The notes beneath the pieces are model-generated. The model ran no database searches. It worked only from the letters and a program-made list of their open reading frames with translations, and was not told the origin of the DNA. Of a DNA stretch of 64,000 nt, positions 48,001 to 55,178 are shown piece by piece. Positions within the stretch are counted from its first letter, which is position 1; every line of letters starts with the position of its first letter. The stretch covers positions 3,811 to 67,810 of the forward strand of contig CALJVI010000051.1 in the NCBI GenBank assembly GCA_937974575.1. Direction: 5' to 3'. Made by a program: the position numbers and the translations under genes. The DNA comes from an uncultured Saprospiraceae bacterium (GTDB lineage: Bacteria; Bacteroidota; Bacteroidia; Chitinophagales; Saprospiraceae).

Positions 48001-51000
48001 AACCGTTGGAATCGACGATACTAATATCGTAGGTTCCAGAAGCTAAATCGCTCATATTAACCATGTTGCTGTTAGTAGTGGTTGAACCATTTTCGGGGCC
48101 AGTCCAAGTAAGTGTGTACACTGGGGTACCACCTGATATGTTCAATAGGAATCCTGGTGTTTGCCCGCAACTTCCATTAACGGCTGTAGCTGATACATTT
48201 AAGTTACTATTTGTAGAATTATTAATTACAAAACTTGTGCTGCTTCCACAGCCATTGGCATCTGTAATATTCACAGTATAGGATCCATCTGTTAAGCCAT
48301 CAAAGCTAACGGAACCACTAGTCGAAGATTGACTATGAGATACTGGTCCTGTGATTTGGATATCATAATCTGCAGCACCTCCTGTTGCATTAATATTAAC
48401 TGAGCCATTCGACCCACACATATCATTTTGTGCTACAGCAGAGACAGAAACATTGCTATTAGAACTATTTATAACTATATCCATTGTTTGCGCACAACCA
48501 TCACTATCTGCAATAACAAACTGATAAGATCCAGCGGCTAAATCATTAACAAGAATAGAATTTGTACTACTTGTAAATGTGTTAGCAGCAGCACCTGTTT
48601 GATTGATCGTATATGGAGCAAGTCCATTGCTTACATTGAAAGTAACAGAACCTGTAGCGTCGCAAATTGCATCAGTATGTGTTTCTGCGATAGCAATATC
48701 ACATCCACCTCCAAATACAATAATAACAGTATCAGAGCAACACAAGACAGTATCCATTATGATAAGCTCTTGAGTTGGTTTGTCATTATTCACTTCTACT
48801 CCAAAACCTGTTGCAATTCCAGTAAAGTTGATATTCATGGTAGATTGAACTCCTGATCCTAAGTGAGTAGCTTTTATGCTTCCATATGCACCAGAAGAAT
48901 CTCCTCCCACAATACTAAATTGTGCAGGCTGATGTGTCCAACCACCTGTAGGATCCCATACATTAAGTGAATCTGTAAGATCCTGCATAGTTTGCACTTG
49001 TCCAGAAAAAGTCTGACCATTTGCTTGCCATTCGTCTATCATGTAGGGCCCATCTTGACCTAAGCCAAATAGTACTACATATGAATATTGAATCAAAGTA
49101 TCTATATCACAAGCTTGCACTGGCAACATATAGTCCAGATCATTCAGAATGATATTATAAAGATTTTTGTCTAAGAATGGTATAGGCACACAAACTTCTT
49201 CAGGCTTTGTTCCATCAAAATAGATAGTGTCTACATCAAATATATCTGGACAAACACAATCATTCAATACAGTGAAACTAGCATTTGTCGAACATCCATT
49301 TTCATCCGTAACCGTCACTGAATACATACCCTCCGTTAAGTCTGTCGCAAAACTAGTAGTTGATACATTCGGCATCCATGCATAGGTCAAGGCTCCTGCA
49401 CTCCCACTGACAGTGATGTCAACTGAGCCCTGGTCACAACAGCTTGCGTCGTTGATATTTGATGTGAGTGAAATCGTAGAACCTACGTTCATTACTGTCA
49501 CCTCAATGGACATTGTACACCCATTGACATCGGTAGCAGTTACTGTATATGTACCATTCATAAGATCAGCAAGAAGCATGTTTCCAGCTGTAGTAGTTGC
49601 AGATCCAGAACTAGGACCTGACCAATCGATAACTATATCTCCGGTAACGAAGGTGAGGTCTATAGATCCATTTTGATCACAAACTCCATTATTTGCATTA
49701 CCGCTTAAATTTAAATTTGTAGTGCTGCTAACAAGCTCAGTCATTATCTCCACTGTACATCCATTTGCACTAGTCGCAACTACTGTATAGGTTCCTGCTG
49801 GAGCGTTACCAACACTTAATAAACCGTTGGTCGGGGTACCTGATCCTGATATCGGTCCTGAGTAAGTAACATTAGTGGCATCTGTATTGATAGTAAGCGA
49901 ACCATTGGTCTGACAAATTCCATCGGTAGAGGTAGCAGTAACATTTACTTGTTCAACTACATTCTCCAACACTACTGATGTAGTCCCTGTACAGCCATTC
50001 GATGCTTCTACTGTGATTTCGTAAGTTCCAGGCGTAAGATCCAAAATTGAGAATGATCCTGTATTTGAAGAACTAGAACCCGATAAAGGTCCTACCCAAG
50101 AAACCACACCTGCTCCTATATCAAAGCTTACCTCAATAGAGCCGTTAGTATTACAGATTCCATTGGTTCCTATAGCTTCAACATTCACTACTGTATTCTC
50201 CACAGCAATAGAAAAGGACTTCGTTGTTTTACAACCATCTATATCAATAAGCGTAATAGAATAATCGCCTGCGGGTAAATTCTGAATGGTATAAGACCCT
50301 GAATTATCTATAATATTTCCATTGACTGGACCTGACCAAACAATATCATATTGGCCACTTCCAAATGTTACTAAAGCCGAACCTTTTGATTGGCACACTG
50401 CATCTATAGGTGTTACTGTAAAGTCAACATTGTTGTCAACGGCTATAATCTCTTCACCAATTTGAATGTCGCATCCATTTCCTACAGATACTAATACGTC
50501 ATACCATCCCTCTGGTAAATCAGTTATTGAAAATACTCCATTAGTGCTATTTGCAGATCCAGTAGTAACACCTGTCCAAGAGATTACTGCATCGGGAGCA
50601 TCATACATAATATTTATTGATCCTCCGCTTCCACAGACACTAGCTGTAGTTGAACTAGTAACAAGGATCGGGTTTCCTTCATTAATAATTTCTATTTCTT
50701 CGTTTTGTGTACATCCATCAGCACTTGTCACTGCAACCCAATACGTTCCAGGAACGGCATTACTAATATTAAAACTTGAAGTGGTTGTTCCAGAACCATT
50801 TAATGGTCCAGACCATTCCACACTATATGGTCCACTAGCCCCTGAAATGGCAATCACAATACTTCCTGGATTACCACACATGCCATTGGTCCCAGTGAGT
50901 GTTAATGAAAGATCATTGGAGTCATTATCAATAATTTGGATACCACTATCTGAGCAGCCATCATTATCTGTCACTGTCACTCCATAACTACCAGATAGTA

Positions 51001-54000
51001 CATTATTGATTGTATAGTTAGGACCTGCGCTTGTCGCAGCACCAGAAGTCGGACCATCCCATGATACATTGTATCCAGGAGTACCACCATCTATTTCAAC
51101 AGTAATTTCTCCAGGAGTACCACAAGTTCCATTCCATGGAGCTGTGGATATTGTCATTCCTGATCCTGTGTTATTGATCATAGTATTTACCCAATCCATA
51201 CAGCCGTTTTCATCTGTCACCTCTATACTATAATTACCCGAAACTAAATCATCAATAATAAATACTGGACTCGTAGAGGTAACTGTATTAGAAGCTGGAC
51301 CAGCGTATGAAATGGTATACGGTGAAGTTCCATTTGTAACGGTGACTTCTAGATTACCCAGTTCACCACAGCTTCCATCATTAGGCCAAGCATTGACATT
51401 AATCGTACTGTTATTTGGATCAATAATGACCACTTCGGTATAAGTACAATTATTTGCATCTGTGATGTTAATGGTATAAGTACCTGGAGTAAGATTTGAA
51501 ATATCAAAACCATTAGTAGAGGTCGTTCCAGATCCATTTTGAGGACCAGAATAATCTATAGCATATGGTGCTGACCCGTCATTAATATCTATCCAAACTG
51601 ATCCAGCATCGCAAGTACCATCTATGATAGATATATCAACATCCAAAGTACCTACCGTATTATCAATGGTTGCTACTTGATATGCTTGGCACCAGTTGGC
51701 ATCCATAACCGTAACTGAATATGCTCCTCCCTGTAGATTTGGAATAGTAAAAGTAGAAGCATTTGAAGTTACTGATCCATTGGTCGGTCCAGACCAAGAA
51801 ATATTATACTGAGGTAAACCATTGGATATATTAATGGTCAAGGCTCCGTTTTCACCGCAAATCCCATTCGTTGCGACAAGGTCTATATCAATATCCTTTT
51901 CTTCAATTACGAAAATCATTTCATCAGAACACCAGTTGCCATCTTCTATAAGAACGGTATAAGTTCCCCCTGGTAAATTAGGAATATTGAAATTTGAACT
52001 ATACGTGGTAGCACTCCCAGAAACTGGCCCCGTTACTTGTATTGTATATTTTGGAGCACCATTCGCAAGTGATATATGTATCTTACCGAGAGACTCACAT
52101 TGTGATGGTGTGGTATATCCTGTAACTGTAAAATTATTATTGTTCTGTTGTACCGTAAATGTTTTAGAAACAGTACAGCCAAATTTATCGGTAATAAAAA
52201 TGGTATAATCTCCAGCAGGAAGTTGATTGATATTAAAATTATTTGAAGCAGATGTAGCAGTTCCACTTATCGGCCCATTGATGTTAATCACATAAGGTGC
52301 TTGTCCATTGCTAAGTGATACATTGACAGAGCCCTTAGTACTACATACCGCATCCTTTACCAATAAATTTGCCTCCAAATGAGATCCTAGATCTTTTACT
52401 TCTGTGACTTCACTATCATGGCAGCCATTAGCATCTGTCTTGGTCACCGTATATACTCCTGGAGGAATATTGTAAATCGTACAGGTATTACTATATGTGG
52501 TAAAACTACCCGAAATAGGCCCAGTCCAGCTTACAATATATCCTGCAGTACCTCCAGTGGATGTAACGGTAAAGCTACCATTACTTTGACCACAGTTGGT
52601 TCCTGTAGCAGTCACATCGACATCAATATTACATGATGATGGACAATCCACAAGTAGTTGATAATTACTAGTCGCTCCATTATAACCATCCACTACTACA
52701 TAATAGGTTCCTGGTTGAAGTAGCGTGCTAATATGTTCATTAGTCGTCCCTGGATGAGAAGAAAATTTAACACAATCTCCACGATCACATTCCTCTAATA
52801 AAAACAACTCAAGGTTTTCATTGAGGTTAGTCAGGTAGATATCCACCTGCCCTGTTTGAGTCAATGTGAAAGTATGTACTACTTCATTACCATTGTTTTC
52901 AACATTCAACACATTACCACATCCATAGGCTGAAACATTGTCTTGACCATGTGTATTGTTGTAGTTGAATGCTTGCCCACAGGATAGTTGGATTGCATCA
53001 TTACAATCTAAATTTCCACAACTAACTTCCAATTTGAAATCGCCTTGGTAACTTGGTAACAAACCGTCAACTACTATATAATAAGTACCAATTGGTGCAT
53101 TCTCTAAAACAATGCCTTCATTGTTGGTACTTTGATTATTGCTTTGACTTGCACCTATACAAGTAAGGTTATCACAATCTCCAGAAAGCAAAAATAAATC
53201 AAGGTTTACACCTGGAGTGATAATCTCAAGTCCTATTTGAAGATCTCCAGCTTGGTCCTTGTTTATTACATATACTTTATCGGCTCCTAGGTATTTGACA
53301 CTTGCATTCCAATAATAGGATTCAATATCATTACCCGCTCCTATCGTCGTTTCACTTGCAAGATAATCTCCACATTCTATAGGTGTTGCTTCAGCACACC
53401 AATTATCTACTGTCGTAGCCCCACAAGCACCAGGCGTATAACTTACTACACCCGCTGCATCCGCAAAACAAGCATTGGTATAAGTCACATCGTTACATCC
53501 ACATACTGGCTCATACACATTAACACAACTTGCATGCGGATCCATCATATCTGCATCTACACATACATTATTACAAGGTCCTTGTGTATAAAATGAAATT
53601 CCGCTTGCCTCAGCACGACAACTATTTTGGTATGTAAAACCATCGCATCCACATACTGGCTCATAAGTGGAAGGACAATTTTCTGAAATGATACCCGTAT
53701 TGCGATCTATATCAACTCCGCTACTTGAAGCAACTAATGTTGGGTCAAAACAGCTTGAATTCAATACACATGCTCCCAAGGTATACTCTGTCACTCCAGA
53801 ATTTTCAGCAACACATGAATTCAAATAGGTAACATCATTACATCCACAAACTGGAATATAGTTGTTGCTACAATCAGCCACAGATATAGGATCTATCTCT
53901 TGAGGATCGATACATTCGCCAAAACATACTCCTGAAGTATAATCGGTGATACCTGCTGCTTTTGCAAAACAACTATTCATATAAGTAACTCCATCACTAC

Positions 54001-54916
54001 CACATACAGGATCTAAAACTTGTGGGCAGTTTACAGGATTACTAGATCTTGCATTTTGAACAACCTCTACTTTGAAAGAAGCTGCCGCAAAATCTACAGG
54101 TATAGAATTTAAGTTTTTATCAATCAATCTTACACTATCAACTTTGATACTAATAGAATCAACTATTAGTGGTGCTATAACATCATCATCAATGATGAAA
54201 GAGAAGGTACCTACTTTTCCATATCCCTCCGCGGCATTTATCTTATTTGTTCTGACATAAGCAAACTCCACTTGTCTTGACGTTGTATCTGTATGGATGG
54301 TATTAACTGCAACGCCATTACTTGGATCTGTAAATGCATTTGACTCTGCGTTAAACTGAACAGGTGCAGATAAACTCACATAAGGTTTATCATAACTAAT
54401 TACCATAGCAACACCATAGAATGAGTCTATCGGCATTGCAATATCACCTAGATTAAAGTCAATTTTGAATTCTTCTCCTTCGTTAACAGAAGTAATATTA
54501 GGCGTCATAGTCAAGACTGGATCTCCAGTAACGCCTTCCACATAGGCATCAGCATTATTTGTAATGCTACTTGAGTTGTGGGTGAGAAGATAGTTAGCTT
54601 TTATAGCCATCACTAAGTCATCCTCATTGATAACACCATCCCCATTACAATCCCCGTAGGCGAAGTTGGTGGTACTATCTGCGTAATCGTTTGTCCATAA
54701 TGAATCAACATCTTGTTCTTGCCAGAGCGTAGTGGCATTTGTTCTCTGTGGGCCAGTTTCATCGAAGCCTACTCCTATATAAAGGAGATCAACACAATTG
54801 GTAACACCATTATTATTAGCATCTCCTGGCCATAATTTGTCTTGAGCCGAAAGATGCCCAAAACTCAAAAATAACAGCACAAATGCAAAGAATAGCTTTT
54901 CGTAATATTTATACAT
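45035..54916 (-). CDS. giant (3293 aa) multidomain cell-surface protein, T9SS type A cargo
   Basis: Single uninterrupted ORF. Order of modules: signal peptide, dockerin-like Ca loops, cohesin-like module, 4 Kazal-type domains, 2 PPC-like domains. Then 14 SprB repeats, an unassigned ~186-aa module, 7 SprB repeats and a PKD domain (YSWDFGDGS). Then a cohesin-like module, a CarboxypepD_reg-like module, a dockerin-like loop, a cohesin-like module and the Por secretion tail. Confidence 0.9.
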   Translation of the reverse strand: MYKYYEKLFFAFVLLFLSFGHLSAQDKLWPGDANNNGVTNCVDLLYIGVGFDETGPQRTNATTLWQEQDVDSLWTNDYADSTTNFAYGDCNGDGVINEDDLVMAIKANYLLTHNSSSITNNADAYVEGVTGDPVLTMTPNITSVNEGEEFKIDFNLGDIAMPIDSFYGVAMVISYDKPYVSLSAPVQFNAESNAFTDPSNGVAVNTIHTDTTSRQVEFAYVRTNKINAAEGYGKVGTFSFIIDDDVIAPLIVDSISIKVDSVRLIDKNLNSIPVDFAAASFKVEVVQNARSSNPVNCPQVLDPVCGSDGVTYMNSCFAKAAGITDYTSGVCFGECIDPQEIDPISVADCSNNYIPVCGCNDVTYLNSCVAENSGVTEYTLGACVLNSSCFDPTLVASSSGVDIDRNTGIISENCPSTYEPVCGCDGFTYQNSCRAEASGISFYTQGPCNNVCVDADMMDPHASCVNVYEPVCGCNDVTYTNACFADAAGVVSYTPGACGATTVDNWCAEATPIECGDYLASETTIGAGNDIESYYWNASVKYLGADKVYVINKDQAGDLQIGLEIITPGVNLDLFLLSGDCDNLTCIGASQSNNQSTNNEGIVLENAPIGTYYIVVDGLLPSYQGDFKLEVSCGNLDCNDAIQLSCGQAFNYNNTHGQDNVSAYGCGNVLNVENNGNEVVHTFTLTQTGQVDIYLTNLNENLELFLLEECDRGDCVKFSSHPGTTNEHISTLLQPGTYYVVVDGYNGATSNYQLLVDCPSSCNIDVDVTATGTNCGQSNGSFTVTSTGGTAGYIVSWTGPISGSFTTYSNTCTIYNIPPGVYTVTKTDANGCHDSEVTEVKDLGSHLEANLLVKDAVCSTKGSVNVSLSNGQAPYVININGPISGTATSASNNFNINQLPAGDYTIFITDKFGCTVSKTFTVQQNNNNFTVTGYTTPSQCESLGKIHISLANGAPKYTIQVTGPVSGSATTYSSNFNIPNLPGGTYTVLIEDGNWCSDEMIFVIEEKDIDIDLVATNGICGENGALTINISNGLPQYNISWSGPTNGSVTSNASTFTIPNLQGGAYSVTVMDANWCQAYQVATIDNTVGTLDVDISIIDGTCDAGSVWIDINDGSAPYAIDYSGPQNGSGTTSTNGFDISNLTPGTYTINITDANNCTYTEVVIIDPNNSTINVNAWPNDGSCGELGNLEVTVTNGTSPYTISYAGPASNTVTSTSPVFIIDDLVSGNYSIEVTDENGCMDWVNTMINNTGSGMTISTAPWNGTCGTPGEITVEIDGGTPGYNVSWDGPTSGAATSAGPNYTINNVLSGSYGVTVTDNDGCSDSGIQIIDNDSNDLSLTLTGTNGMCGNPGSIVIAISGASGPYSVEWSGPLNGSGTTTSSFNISNAVPGTYWVAVTSADGCTQNEEIEIINEGNPILVTSSTTASVCGSGGSINIMYDAPDAVISWTGVTTGSANSTNGVFSITDLPEGWYDVLVSVGNGCDIQIGEEIIAVDNNVDFTVTPIDAVCQSKGSALVTFGSGQYDIVWSGPVNGNIIDNSGSYTIQNLPAGDYSITLIDIDGCKTTKSFSIAVENTVVNVEAIGTNGICNTNGSIEVSFDIGAGVVSWVGPLSGSSSSNTGSFSILDLTPGTYEITVEASNGCTGTTSVVLENVVEQVNVTATSTDGICQTNGSLTINTDATNVTYSGPISGSGTPTNGLLSVGNAPAGTYTVVATSANGCTVEIMTELVSSTTNLNLSGNANNGVCDQNGSIDLTFVTGDIVIDWSGPSSGSATTTAGNMLLADLMNGTYTVTATDVNGCTMSIEVTVMNVGSTISLTSNINDASCCDQGSVDITVSGSAGALTYAWMPNVSTTSFATDLTEGMYSVTVTDENGCSTNASFTVLNDCVCPDIFDVDTIYFDGTKPEEVCVPIPFLDKNLYNIILNDLDYMLPVQACDIDTLIQYSYVVLFGLGQDGPYMIDEWQANGQTFSGQVQTMQDLTDSLNVWDPTGGWTHQPAQFSIVGGDSSGAYGSIKATHLGSGVQSTMNINFTGIATGFGVEVNNDKPTQELIIMDTVLCCSDTVIIVFGGGCDIAIAETHTDAICDATGSVTFNVSNGLAPYTINQTGAAANTFTSSTNSILVNDLAAGSYQFVIADSDGCAQTMDIVINSSNSNVSVSAVAQNDMCGSNGSVNINATGGAADYDIQITGPVSHSQSSTSGSVSFDGLTDGSYTVNITDANGCGSSTSFVINNSTNSNLNVSATAVNGSCGQTPGFLLNISGGTPVYTLTWTGPENGSTTTNSNMVNMSDLASGTYDISIVDSNGCNAVTTVTITNDNGNFDANISVTNAYCDVLGSIWITVNSGTPPYLVEWTGVQSGSYSASNVINDISNLPVGTYTATITDANACSASQTIEVLENGAPTVFAGTVSQPTNTNDGSVLIEIVTNNPDHTVSWTGPTSGTVTVTGQFFNITSLTEGTYTISVDDKDGCSSTQTFVLTNSGTGTGTGSGGSSFAINVTPTDMTCGNPGNLFLNLNNGVAPYTITWSGAASGTDVTSAGIYNILNLGMGNYTVTVTDAQNNSTIGSANIGGSGAFEIITSTNNGSCGNDDGSISVEVISGASNYSIFWSGPVSNNATFNNNAISIDDLPSGTYDITVSDANACPQIFTTTVNNSAGAPTGSFTSTSNALTTTFTNSASSGLYSWDFGDGSTSAATNPSHEYCDAGTYTVCLTVTNTCGANTICNDVTVSLPTDVVILDVQNGAGATGSSISIPVTIANCETIVTLAGSLEVANDALCTIDGISPGVISPNYISASSTFNYVNNNGNGVSVADGDILFYIDVTLTGEANESTTIHITDSPLQVEVGSMVAGLATVLPSIELKGIVSISSSARISGNVKTYWGEGIENTQITILSDNLQNTQMTDSDGYFMEPDLPMGEMYSVLPERDFNDQNGLSSYALFVGQRFILGLDPIEIVSPYQVIAGDANCSNSFTTIDLFILQQLIIGTAEGLDFCPSWTFVQENDQMPADFDAYNVFPYNSSDQVMVMSDEVSNFVGVKVGDILGHANPSNFADEDLSKAEGILDLYINEVSVNKGETFELNFSSNNFDEIVSYQLGLSFDQAMMSFEEVEKSDHEDLLGLALGDADADTGSLRASWFSLDGQGLSVDADEKLFTLRFKATEDIENILDYVSLSNKSIRTEAHNEALQQLEVVLNVSDTPLTSVNNDLVGSQFELKQNTPNPFTGFTQIEFTLPRSMQADLTITNVLGETVKVISQVFNEGENLITLSQNELGTGVFHYTLTAQDLSITKSMISLK
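45038..45277 (-). other. T9SS type A C-terminal sorting domain of the giant protein
   Basis: FELKQNTPNPFTGFTQIEFTLPRSMQADLTITNVLGETVKVISQVFNEGENLITLSQNELGTGVFHYTLTAQDLSITKSMISLK. Confidence 0.8.
46949..48700 (-). repeat. SprB-type coding repeat array 2 (7 units of about 85 aa) in the giant protein
   Basis: Units are marked by C..G..G.I......G..PY...W.GP..GS...........L..G.Y.V.V.D.NGC (for example WTGPENGS, WTGPTSGT, WSGPVSNN). Diverged at DNA level. Confidence 0.8.
48701..49258 (-). other. unassigned ~186-aa Cys-bordered module interrupting the SprB array (aa 1887-2072)
   Basis: CVCPDIFDVDTIYFDGTKPEEVCVPIPF...MIDEWQANGQTF...WDPTGGWTHQP...IIMDTVLCCSDTVIIVFGGGC. It lacks the SprB periodicity, and I recognised no family. 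Confidence 0.6.
49259..52639 (-). repeat. SprB-type coding repeat array 1 (14 units) in the giant protein
   Basis: Units are recognised by WTGPISGS, INGPISGT, VTGPVSGS, WSGPTNGS, YSGPQNGS and so on, each bounded by Cys residues and ending ..D.NGC. Confidence 0.8.
52643..53398 (-). other. two tandem PPC-like (bacterial pre-peptidase C-terminal) domains
   Basis: CAEATPIECGDY...DLDLFLLSGDC...GTYYIVVDG...FKLEVSC and CNDAIQLSCGQAF...LELFLLEECD...GTYYVVVDGY...YQLLVDC. Confidence 0.6.
53423..54028 (-). other. four tandem Kazal-type serine protease inhibitor-like domains (aa 297-498)
   Basis: CPQVLDPVCGSDGVTYMNSC, CSNNYIPVCGCNDVTYLNSC, CPSTYEPVCGCDGFTYQNSC and CVNVYEPVCGCNDVTYTNAC. Each is followed about 14 residues later by a closing Cys. 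This matches the Kazal core C-x7-C-G-x-D-G-x-T-Y-x-N-x-C. Confidence 0.75.
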
Positions 54917-54954
54917 CGGATATAAGATTTTGTTATAGGACTATAATTACAATC

Positions 54955-54987
54955 CAAAAGTAACCGATACCAGTACTCAATACAACT
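54955..54987 (-). promoter_or_regulatory. candidate promoter of the giant gene (-33 TTG / -7 TAnnTTTG)
   Basis: The minus strand reads GTTGTATTGAGTACTGGTATCGGTTACTTTTG. TACTTTTG ends 38 nt upstream of the ATG, and a TTG lies 20 nt upstream of the -7 box. Confidence 0.3.
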
Positions 54988-55178
54988 ACAATAAATCTTG
55001 GTTTCCAGTCCTATATATATTATATTTACTATTATTCACAACACTAATAAATCCATTTAACGCTGAATACCAACTATTTACACTTTAACATATTATAATT
55101 ATTTATATATGAATAAGTATATTTGCCGAGCCGATTGAATACAACAAGGATATTTCTAATCATTTTTAAGAAAACATT

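Noticed and set aside
46949-52639. Regular ~255-270-bp periodicity that could superficially suggest a repeat array or CRISPR-like structure
   Set aside because: The periodicity is in-frame protein repeats (SprB type) that are strongly diverged at DNA level. There are no short identical direct repeats with unique spacers, and no cas genes in the window.
45035-54916. Plus-strand ORFs inside the giant gene, for example 50466..50987 (173 aa), 47268..47576, 48599..48856, 49413..49676 and 54072..54260
   Set aside because: All are antisense to a single uninterrupted 9.9-kb ORF with clear domain content. Their translations are low-complexity Pro/Val/Ser-rich strings, as expected from the reverse complement of Gly/Thr/Asn-rich repeats. 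None has a start context or motif.
54938-55015. 8-bp inverted repeat ATAGGACT ... AGTCCTAT in the divergent control region between the giant gene and the 481-aa gene
   Set aside because: It is a single 8-mer pair separated by about 60 nt in an A+T-rich spacer. That is within chance expectation and there are no additional copies elsewhere in the window.
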